The translations under genes were made by a program, and so were the position numbers. Of a DNA stretch of 64,000 nucleotides, positions 1 through 12,200 are shown in pieces. Below the pieces are notes generated by a model. That model made no database searches, was not told the origin of the DNA, and was given only the letters and a program-made list of their open reading frames with translations. Every line of letters begins with the position of its first letter. Position 1 is the first letter of the stretch. The DNA is from Octopus bimaculoides. Its lineage: Eukaryota. Location of the stretch: the NCBI RefSeq assembly GCF_001194135.2, contig NC_068996.1, positions 30,114,403-30,178,402 on the forward strand. Direction: 5' to 3'.

Positions 1-48
<48 letters not shown>
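1..48. repeat. (TA)n microsatellite
   Basis: Direct reading. Confidence 0.95.
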
Positions 49-128
49 TATATGTACATATTGTATTTTAGGATTTAAGAAGACATTTACTTGAGTTTGA
101 TAGCAAAATATTAAATTATATCTGTTCC

Positions 129-146
129 TCCTTAACTAATGTTCAC
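129..146 (+). promoter_or_regulatory. U12-type branch point (TCCTTAAC, 129-136) and AC 3' splice site (145-146)
   Basis: Exact U12 branch consensus 11-12 nt before CAC, directly ahead of a homologous exon. The donor is outside the window. Confidence 0.75.
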
Positions 147-263
147 GAGTATTGAAGACTGCTATGGTTTACTAATGAATAGTATCAACAATACCCCCAG
201 CTCAACCTACTTTTTATCAATCCTGCAACATTTTTTATTGATCAGAGAAGAATCGTATGTTAA
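147..263 (+). CDS. dia: dia exon, DID/FH3 end ([38 protein letters not shown])
   Basis: Matches the Diaphanous motif '[13 protein letters not shown]'. Donor AA|GTAAGT at 264. Acceptor most likely CAC| at 144-146 after a U12 branch site; an in-frame AG at 148-149 is the alternative. Confidence 0.9.
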
Positions 264-3200
264 GTAAGTATACTTTTTGTGATAAATAAATATAGTAGGT
301 CATCAAAGGTTTGAGCGTAAGATAATCAGATCAGACCACAAGTAAAATGTCAGAATATTGATAAAAAGTTTTTGGAAACCTATTCAGGTTATAGTATCAG
401 TTAATAAATAGTAAATGTATATTGAATGAAGACAATGATATCTGAATTTGGTGAGATTATCATGACTGTTTTATGATTTGCTTTATATCTCTACAAAATT
501 TATTAAGTATTTTGTTGCAAGTTGTTTTAAAATAATGGTTTTAAAATACTCAGGAACTCATACAACTTAAAGGATGTACTTAGTGTAGGGAAAGAGGAGT
601 AAATTTGTAAATTTCTAATGGTATGAAGTTTCCAAGGAAAATGAAAAGGTTTTGGATATTGCATTACACTTTTTTTATTTATTTTTGATCTGAAAGATAG
701 AGGTGTGTCCATAGTCTTCTCAAACCACCTGAGACTCGTGAATCAAAGTAGTTAGTGTTCCTCCTGAATAGTTGCAAGTAGAAGAACCATGCGCAAAGAT
801 GGAATTCCTGAGAATTAATGTCCTAAGAATGAAGAAATAGATGTTGTTGTTAGTTGCATCAGCTTAAAGGAGCAGATCCTCTATAGTAAGGCAGAGAGGA
901 GACAGCACATTCCTGGACCAGAAGTAATGAAAAAAACTTACACTTTGTGTCCATTTACATTTAGTCAAAAAGTATTAAGTAGTCAAGACATTGAATAATG
1001 AAGGTGTTATGACTCTTACTTTATGCATTTTCAGAAATTTTAGTCAAGCACATATGTAATTGGGAGTGTATATGGGCATGTCTGTAAATACTTAAAATTT
1101 TAAAAATAATACATGAATAGAATGAGCTAAAAAGATATAAACTTCTAGAAGAGAAAGAGAAGTTATCCTTTATTGAGCAGACTCATGATCAGCCATACAC
1201 ATTTGAGTGCTCACTTGTATCAATCTGTGTTTGTCTGCTACTTCATAATGAAAAGACTTCTCTTTATTTCTACATGTTTTGGAGAAACAAAGAAATCAAG
1301 GCTGTCAACAATCTTAAGTAATGTGATAATTAATATTGATTTCTTTATTGCCTACAGGGGGCTAAATGTAGAGGGGACAAACAAAGACAGACAAATGGAT
1401 TAAGTCAATTACATTGATCCCAGTGTGTAATTGGTACTTATTTAATCACCCCGAAAGGATGAAAGGCAGTCGACCTCCGCTGAATTTTAATGCAGAACGT
1501 AACGGCAGACAAAATCCCGCTAAGCATTTTGCCTGGCGTCTTAATGATTCTGCCAGCTTACCATAATATTATTTAGACTTCAGATTTAGAGGTAGAAAGA
1601 CTCAAAGACACAAACCAGTCTGAAAAAGGAAGATATGGAAGCTTAAAGACCCTTTGTATAATTGAAGATTTAAAGAAGTCCTAATTGAAGCAGTTGATGA
1701 GGAGGGGAAGATATAACATAGAGGACAGCTGGAAGTTCTTACACAACAACCTACTGAGGGCTATAGACCAAATCTGTGGCTGGTGCAAAGTTTAGCTAGA
1801 CCATGAGTGACATGATGATGGGACAGTGAAATAAACAAAACCATAAAAGCAGAGACAGGCTTGGAAGTATTGGAAGAATGGGGTTAGCAAAAAATTGTAC
1901 CAGGTAGCTAGAAGGGATGTAAGGAAACAGATATATTTAGCAATGGGAGAAGCAAGAAAAAAGAAATTTGCTAATGTTCTACATCATGAGGTGTTCCCAA
2001 ATGTTCTACACCATGATATGTTCCCAAATTCAAGACAGTATATCAGTAAAATTGAGATGTTGGAGAGAAGTGTCTACAGATGAAAAGAAATACATTTACA
2101 CTTGATGATTTTGAAAAGAAAGAGGCTATTATGAAAGGAGTCTTCCTAATGAGAACCCAATGGTGGGACAAGCTATTTTAGTTGATAGCACAATGATAGA
2201 TTAAGAAATTAGGGATACGAAGACAGGAAAAGCCTGTCAGGAATTACTGCTGAGAGGCTTAGAATATGTCATAGAGTGGGATATGCCTAGTCACTTGTAT
2301 AATTAATCTGTTCGTAGAAGGGGTTATACATGATGGCTTATGTAGCAGCAAGACAGTTAACTGTTTCGAGGTTAAAGGAGAGGCAATTACAGAGGTCTCA
2401 AATTGTTGGACCAAGTCATGAAAGTTATTGCTCAATTAATTAGGAAGAGAGTTAACCTAGATAATATACAGTTTAGTTTTATACCTGAGAGCAGCACTAC
2501 TGATGCTCTTTTCCTAATCATGCAACTGAAGAAGTATTTAATCAAAAATATACTACTGTCCTTGATTTTCAACCTTGGAAAATCCTTTGATAGGACCCCT
2601 CACTCCCTAATCTGGTGGTGGCTACAGAAGGTAGGTGATGAATGGCTAGGGCCGGTGTGAGCTGTCCAAGCCATATACAAAAGTGATGACTAATAATGTG
2701 AAAGTTAGCAACAAGGCTGGCTACAAATTTAATGTGCAGGTAGTTCACCAGGGTTCAGCTCTCAGTTCCTTCTTATTTATCATAGTCCTCCATGCCATAA
2801 CAGAGGACTGGTTACCTGAAGGAGCTCCTCAGTGCTGATGACCATAAGAAAAGAAATTTCAAGTATGGAAGCCAAACTTTGTATCAAAGGGCTTTAAAGT
2901 TAATTCAGCAAAGACCAAAGTCCTAGTAAGCAGGAAAACACATACTATTTAACCTTTCAGGAAAAAGGCCCTGATTGATGAGTAGAAAAATTATTGGTAG
3001 AAATTTTGTACAGCATGTAAGTAAGTAACACAAAAGTTTCTTTCTGTCTACCAAATCTACTTAGAAGACTTTGGCTGGGCTGAGGCTGTAATAGAAAACA
3101 CCTAAGGTGCTTCACAGTATGACTGAGTCTCAAATCACATGACTGAGCAACAAGCTTCTTAACCATACAGCCATGAATAGATGAACTAAAGTTGTATAAA

Positions 3201-6200
3201 CTGTTGAGAGAGAAAGAGAGAGATAGATGCAAATCATCCCAGGCCAAACAGACAAATGATTAGCCACTTGCACCTGAAAGCTTACTTATTTCAATCTGTT
3301 TATCTGCTATTGCTTGGAAAAAAGAGGTCACTTTTCTTCTATGTGTTTGTTGTGCAAAAAAAAGAAACCACTGACTAACTGTTAAATTAATGTTTGTATG
3401 CCTGTGTGTGTATGTATGCACACATGGATGTATGTATGTGTCTACATGTGTATGTGGAAACACATTGAGAGAAAAGATGTATAACAGCATAATATTACTT
3501 GTGTTGCTCATCTATCAGATAAAAATATTTTTTTGAAATAGCAAAGATTTTTAACACTGAAGACCTGGAAATTGAAACATTTATGAAGAATTACTAAACA
3601 ATGTTAAACTGATTTTGCGCATGATTTGGCTCTTAACAAAGTAGACTTAATCTTTTATTTGCTGAGAGAGATGTTATTAATATAAATTACAAGTAGTAAT
3701 TTCTGATTTTTCAATGAAATAAATTATTACAATTAAGGATTATATAATTATAATTTGTTTTAAATTAATATTTGATAAATTAATTTAAAATATTAATTTT
3801 GAAATTGAGAATTTGTATATTAAGTATGATACTTTATTATTGAAACCTAACCTGTAAATATGTTTATTACAGACTTGAATATTTTAAATTAATTGAAGAA
3901 TGTGTGAGTCAGATTATTTTGCACAAACATGGTATGGATCCAGATTTCAGTTACACAAAGCGATTTGAACTGGATATTGAAGACTTGTTAGGTATGTTAC
4001 CATAATGGATTTTAGTTATGTTTGGAATCTATTGTTACTATTTGTTTTCACATTAGAAATTATATTTTGTGTATACATAGTCATGCATTCCCTGAGAGAC
4101 GAGCATTTTCATTGGGTCAGCATTATCCCTGTAGGCTACCTGTTTTATGTAAGACTGAATATACTATAATTCAGAATATGAAGTAAAATTAAGGAAAAAA
4201 AAAAAGAAGTTAGTTCAAGAACCTATTCATGAAATATTGTCATGAGTTCAATTGTCAATGTTAGTTCTTATTTTTCTCATCAAATTCAGCATCCATGGTC
4301 AAAAGAACTTAAACTTTTAGCATCCTGTTAAAAAGTCACAATCATAAATAATGATTGAGCTGAAAATTCCTAAACATGAGTTTGTCTTTCTTTCCCAAAT
4401 GCTTATAATGTCTGTAATTGTGGTAAGATTGCTGTTAAAGTTGATAGTATTGCAGAAAAAAGTTGTTGAGTTTTTATGTATGTAGTCATTTGTGCTAAAA
4501 ATAATGTACATATTCAATTAATTGCATCATAATAGCTAAAGAAAAGATTACTAAAAATGTTGAAGAGAGATATTGGTAACAAATTAAATGAAATTGGTAA
4601 TAGACATGGACATACTAAATCACAAACAAACAAAAATTTGTTTTTTTGACTATTTATTTATCATGAAATTTACATGCAAGCTGTTAACTTCTACCAGAAA
4701 CAGTATGCTCAGATATGCCCAAATTTCATTGCCTATAGAAACAAAGTTGACTGTTCCCTTTTGTTCAGATTAGTTTGTTGGGTGATTAGGTTAGTAAAGA
4801 CTGAGTGGAAGCAGAAAACAAAGACTCAACAAATTTCATCACATCCTGAAGGTATTTTTTGATCAAGAATGCAAAAGGTGTTTGACCATTCTTCAAGTAA
4901 TATTTCATCCAAGTCACTTGATGAAAAATCAGACATATCAAACTTAGACATTGAAGTATGTGTATAAGAGCTAGACATATTTTTCTGCTTATTATCTTCA
5001 GTCCTTTGCTGCCATTAATTTATCAAATCATTAAATATATTATCATTCAAAGAATGAGTAAGCAACCATTTTGCAAAGATATTTTTGGACAAATAAATTT
5101 TTTAAAATCCTTTAATCCCTTCACTGTGAGGTTAAATTTTATGGTTATTCCATTAATAATGTTGAATACCTATTAAAAAATTGAATTGGTATTTTCTACA
5201 AGTCCTATCTAAAAAAAAACTTGACATATCTTAACAGGCATGTCAAGTTTTGTTGAAGAATGTCATGTCTGAAACTCAATAAGGTTAAAGGTAATGAAAT
5301 TTTGACTAGATATATCTGATTTCCACAGTAAAGGGGTTAAAAAGAATGTTAACAATAATGGTATGATTCATATGATCTCATGCAGTACCATGCAGGTTCA
5401 TATTGTACATGATTTTGAGAATTGATGTTATTCATTTACTGATTCTGATCAAAGCTATTTTACTTAATACATACTTATTTCATCTTTGGCTTTTGTCTCT
5501 TCTCGTTAAGAATATGTTTCATTTAGAACTTATCCTTCATTTTAAAATGAATTCACTAAGTTCTTTGTTGATTAGAAATCCTATTCTTCTGATATTGTTG
5601 CTTGTCACACACGTGCTTTTGCAGTAACCAACCTTGGGTATGAGCACATGGATGGAGGTGGCAATCATGTGAAAAATAAAATAGTTTCCTATTTTTCTAT
5701 CTCACTAACTTTAGTGGAAGTGGGGGAGATAATATATATCAGGTTTGACCCTTTGTAGTAAGAAAGGAATGGATTTATATTTTCATCCATATCCTTTGTG
5801 TGTGCATATAGAGATATAAATTCCTTCATATTATGATGTTACTATTGTTTATATAATTTTTTCATTTCATATTCAATATAGAGCAAATATCAAATGATAA
5901 AGTTGGTGAAGATAATGCAAAAATTGAAGAAATGAATAACATGCTCGAGTTAGAACTGACTGCCAGGCAAGAAGCAGAGGCCAAGTTCTTAACGCTACAA
6001 GATAAAATGAAAAAATTAGAAACTGAGAATAGCCAAATGAAGGAAAAGGTTTCATATTTTTGTTCTTTTTTTTATATTTAATATTAAACCTTTTAAAGAG
6101 TTTATATCCCACTTTTACTGTTTTGTTACAAAAATTATAATGAAAAATCAAACAAAGAAGACTCCTTTCTTTCTAACAAGCCTCAGAGGCCTTGGAAAGT

Positions 6201-9200
6201 CTCATGTGGTCCTACACTTTCACTCCTTTGAATTCTGAAATATTTAGACAATAGTAAGATACCAGTTAGAAAAGAAATGAACATAAAAATGAACAAAAGT
6301 TGAGGTAAAAAGATAGAAATTACAAGATAACAAATTTATGAATGGTAAAATGTAGAATGATTCAAAATTCCCTTTAGTAATGATGAAAACAAACTAGCAG
6401 CCAAAGTTAGCTTCTTAATGTATGTCTTGACTTCCTGCTCTCTTTACCTCTCTCTCACAGTTCCCATGTCCTTATTTCAACCTTTGCTCTCATCCTTCTG
6501 CATTTATTTCCTCACCAGTCTCTCATTGACCGTCTTGACTCAGGAATTCCAGGAAAGCTACTCTACTGCCTTGCTGTTCATACTGACAGTGCCCCTCTCA
6601 CACATATGCATACACACTCCCAGATATGGGACAGTTGAATAGGATCACTGTCATATTGTACCACATTTAGGAAAATAAATGAAATATATAAAAGGAAAGA
6701 ATAAAGATAGAATTATAAATATAGAAAAACAAAATTGTAACAAAATAAAAAAATAATTATTCATCATCATCATCAACGTCAATTAATGTCCGTTTTCCAT
6801 GCTGGCATGGGTTGGACAGTTTGACTGAGGACTGGCGAGCCAGAAGGCTGCAACAGGCTCCAATCTGATCTGGCAAAGTTTCTACAGCTGGATGCCCTTC
6901 CTAATGCCACCCACTCCGAGAGTGTAGTGGGTGCTTTTACGTGCCACTGGCATGAGGGCTAGTCAGATAGTTCTGGCAACGACCATGCTCAAAAGGTGTT
7001 TGGTTGTTGTCAGAACCATCAGACCAAGATTCCACGATTAATTAAACAATGTTAACTAATATGATTGCAGGTAAGGGAGCTGAAATTCCAAAACTACTGG
7101 TTTTTACTGTGATATTTGGATATTGATAATTCAAGCGGAAGTCAACCATTGTTGATGACAACTAATTGATGTCACATTCATATTTGTTAATGAACTAATT
7201 AATTCATTTTACCAAATTCTGTAAACATATTCGTAAAAAAATGTGTATTTTTATTCATATTTTGAGAAGTAAAATAGCTATATGTTTAAAGTATCTAAAT
7301 ATTCAACAGTATAATTGTAGTTATGCTTTTTTGCTATTGGTATGGATTCAATAGATCTGCATTGTATCCTCTATGACTCTCAGATTTGCCCTTACTAATT
7401 TATTGGCTTGTTTCAACTTGGATAATTCACATCTGTTGATGTGGATAATTCACTTGGATAATTCACATCCACTCATTCATATCTGTTCACTTCTAATATA
7501 TTGTAAATCCACATTAAATCTATGTACATGTGTTGTCACATTCATTCTTTTCATTAGTTTATGTCTTTATATCTTTGTGCAAATTATGTATAGCTTTCAT
7601 TTTCTGTTTTTCAGATTAATTCAGGAATTGGTGCTATGATTAACAAAACTATTGGTGGGTCTGATGGAAATATTCCTAATTCTGGTGGTGTCCCACGTGC
7701 ACCTCCCTTACCTGGTAGTTCTACAGTCCCTCCTCCACCTCCACTACCCAACATGGGTGGACGTGTTCCACTTCCACCACCATTACCTGGTGGTGCTCCA
7801 AGAGCTCCTCCCTTACCTGGCAGCATACCTATACCTCCACCTCCACCTGGTGTGCCCAGAGCACCACCTCCACCTGGTGTGCCCAGGGCACCACCTCCAC
7901 CTGGAGTGCCCAGAGCACCATTTCCTCCTGGATTTCCTGCACCAGGTATGAAGAAAGATAAAACATTACCAAGGCGGAAGAAATACAATGTTGATGTGAA
8001 GATAAAAAGAATCAACTGGACACAAGTATGCTACTATTCTCTTTCTATGATTTATTTGGATTATTGATGTATTTTTCAGTACACACAGTTATATCAAGAA
8101 CATGTTATTTTATCCCATTATTTGTTGTAACAATACTTTCATGCATAAACACTATGCTTAAATCTTTTACATCATATTTCACACAGAAATTACTTTGATG
8201 TATATGAATCAAATTCATTCTAAATGTTGGAATCAGAAAAATGTTCTGAAATAATTCAATTGCATTTGTAGTTTGAAGTTATTCAGTTTCAGATGGGCTC
8301 TTGAATTAGCAAAAGCAAAGTTTCTTTACTAAAACATTAAATCTATAAAATATAACTATTTACTCTACAGTTATTTTTTAATCACATAAAATTCCATTTG
8401 CGTTTCTTTTCTCCTTTTTATTCATAAAGAACTTTCCAATATCACATGCATGAGCTTGATATATGGAAACTCTGTGGAAGCCTGTTATATGCATGTGTGT
8501 GTTTATGTGTCATCATCATCATCTTTAACTCATAGATGGAATTTGTTGCAGCAAATATTTTCTAGTTGGATACACTTCCTGTCACCAATTCTCATGTGTT
8601 TCATGGAAGATTCAAAACAAAGAACACCACTTGCATTATGGTGACACTTGTTTACAACTATTGTGTGATGTCAAGGCAAGGACACAGTAACACACACACA
8701 CAAAGGCTTCTTTCAGCTTCTGTGTACCAAACCCACTCAAGGTTTTGGTAAGCCTGAGATTTTAGAAAATACTCACTCAAGATGTCATGCAGTGGAACTG
8801 AAAACTGAATCCAAGACCATACAGTTGGGAAGCAAAATTCTTACCATACATACAGCCATGCCTGCAACTTTCAATATGTATATGTACACACAAACATAGA
8901 TATACACACACATATATAGCGATGGAGAAGGGATTAAATAATCCATGCATTCACCTCAGGAAGTACTCATGCAGGTACCACCTGATTTTTATTACTGTAT
9001 TTGCATTGATGGCAAATTTGTAAGACACCAAGATACTAGCAATCAGCTTATCCTTCTATTCTGGATATCAATCTATCTTTCTTTCTGTAGCATAGCTGCA
9101 GTCCAGTGACTGAAAAAAGTAATAGATAATGAAATAAGATAAAAATCTTTCATTGATAATATCACTGAATCATTGAGTGCTTTGTGTTGTCTATACTGGC

Positions 9201-12200
9201 TATGTAAATGTGTGTATATATCAGTCTAATGATTTTATCCAATTTCAGTTCTAAGTCCTTTCCAATCTGTATTATAATAAGAGCCATATTTCTCTGTTTA
9301 ATGACAGCAACATTACAATACATAATTTGGATGATGCTGTACTTATTCAGAGATAGTTAATTGGCCATGAATATTTCCCTCTCAGATACAATAATTGACT
9401 GATGAAATGTGAAAAGATAAAGAGAGGGAGACTGGAAGAACTACAAAGGTGATAAAAATAGTGACAGATTTACTAAGACTGAAGGTTTGTAGTAAATCTG
9501 TTGCTATTTTTATTATGTTAATTTTGCTGTGGACTTATTTTGAATTACTGAATGCAGTTCCTTTTCCATTTGAAACTACTTAATTTTGGGGTGGGTAAAC
9601 TATTTTACAAAAGTCTTTAGTCAATAAAACAGTGAATTTGTGAGGAAAATATATTATTATTCACTCAATTATTATATGTTTGTTGATATACAAGAATTGT
9701 GAAATTATAAAAAGGAAGGCACATGAATATTTCTATTGAATAAAACTTATTCACTGAAAAGTATAGATGAAATAAACATCAGAGATGCTTTACCTCATGC
9801 AGAAAGGAGCTGGTTTCAGCTGCCATGCTTATTTCCTTAGTAGCCTTCTCCAGTTGTTCCTGACCAATCTTCTGTGGATAATAATGCACAAAAATGGCTA
9901 GAAAGTTGTGGCAGCCAACTTCAGTTAGGAAGGAGGCCTTGTCAGTCAAGTCCTGATATTTGGTTTTCTTTACCAGGTGAGAGTGTTGAGTCTGTCCTCA
10001 CCAAGGCATTGTATGTTCAACTATGGTGATTGCTTTTGCAATCTTAGAGAGCCAGAACATGTCTGGTCGGGGTATGTTACTCTGGGAAGACAAGTCTGCC
10101 CTTCGGGTTCACTTGCTAGCTGCCGAACAGAAAACTTGTCTCTTACCATTGCTTTCATCCAGGGAGCCTTGTCACAAACCCTTTGCATTTGAATTCTCTT
10201 TTGCCCTTGGCATTAGTGTTTTTTCATTTCCTGGCACTGTAGTTGTTGAGTCCTATCCACCCTTGACAAATTATTCTTCCAATCTCCTGATGCTTCCAGT
10301 ATGTTTCCATTTCCTTCACAGCTTCTTAGGGCATTACCTTCTGCTGCACTTTACAAACTTGGTATGTCTGACTTTCTCATCCTCATTCAGAAGCAATGGT
10401 ACTGATTGCTCTTGCCCTGGTGGCTTTGAATTCTTCCATCACTGATGAAATTGGTTGGCAGAGCTTAGTGATCTTGCTGTACAAATTGACTGAGCTGGAA
10501 GATGGGAGAGTGCCCATTTACCTTTGCATGAATTTACTGCACAGACACTCCATTGCCTCCACCTGGTTCATAGTAAAGTCATAAAGCAAAAATGGCCTCT
10601 TGCAGTCTGGATATGATGTCATACTGGAAGTACTATACTTTGAACCTTCCAAGTCACTAACTTTTTTCAACTGCTCTCAACCAGTTGTTTAGTTGAGTTT
10701 TATAAAGTCTACCTTTCATCTATTCTTTCCATATGCATATGCTAATCTCTAACACACACACACACACAAACTTCTTGCATTCATCTGATGAAATAAATGT
10801 GCATGTATAAAATGTAATTTAGATTCAGTTGAATTGAGCCACCTTGTTAGAACAAACTTATTTTGCACACCTGGACAATATTAGATGGATTTCAAGCTCT
10901 ACTTAGGATTTTTTCCACTTGATATTTGTGCAGTGTATGCAGATGGCATGATCCAACTTAGTGAATAAATCTGCTTTTGTTTGTTAAACATGTACTTTGT
11001 GTAAAGATACTTGCCAAATACTTCCGAAGTGCAGATTCCAGGGAAGGTGAGTGAAATATAAATGAGTAACAGATGTATAAATGTCAATTCATTATAAATT
11101 AATTAGGATCATGACAGACTGTGTTCTACTTTCTAAGAAAATGGAACTTTACATCCGGCTATATCAACACCAAAGGGCTGGTCATGGGGTGGTAAACAAG
11201 ACTTTCTAATGACGGAGTGTTGATAATAGAAAGAAAAGAGGGGAAAGGGATAGCTAATAAAGCTTATTTTGATTGTCATCTTAAAGGGGAAGAAAAAGTG
11301 AACTGTTAAAAAGTATACCTCTTAAAGGATTATGGGTAGGATATAAGTTAAGAGAGAAATGGAAGGAGTAAGTTTTAAACTTAGTTTACTTATACTGTTA
11401 AAGCAAAATATAAATATATAGATATATAAAGGTGAGAAAGAAATTTCAAATATAACTAAATAAGGGGATAATGTATAATTTAATATATGATATATAAGAT
11501 TGCAGCATATAACGAATTTTAGTGAAAAAAGTTAAAAATTATAAATTACCACCAGATTTTTATGCTATAAAAAACTTTAAAAATATAAGGAAATAAAATT
11601 TTTTTTAAATAAGCATAAAATGTAATATAAGAGAATATAAAAAATATACAGGATATATATACAAAGGCATGAAAATATAAAACATAAAATATAATTTTTT
11701 ATTATAGTTTGTATTATAATTCTTCTCTCAGATATTTCCTTGTATATTTTATAAATCTTATATATTATATCTTTATATCTTATATACTCTTCATATATTT
11801 TTCGTAATGACATACAGCCTGAAAAATCATATCAACCTACATATTTGTAACAACAGTTTGGCAATTTCCTCTGCTGTGTTAGTCCAATGGTGAAGGACAT
11901 GTTAGGAAACAAGATATAATTTCTCAACAGTTTTCAAGGTCTTTTTTTTTTTTTTTTTTTTTCCCCCCATTAGACTGGATTTGGAAATTTTACAATTATT
12001 TATTTATTTATTTATAGGTAAATATGAAGAACTTTCATGAAAACTCATTTTGGGCACATATCAATGAAGAGAAATTTGCTAATGACAGACTCATAGATGA
12101 AATCAGAAACAGATTCAGTATGAAGACCCAGGGTTAGTTACTTCACTTGTTTCTACACAGTCTTTATTCAGCATACATTTTTTTTTATGGAGCTATGTTG

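Noticed and set aside
7611-8015. 134-aa Gly-rich minus-strand ORF
   Set aside because: Antisense shadow of the Pro-rich FH1 exon.
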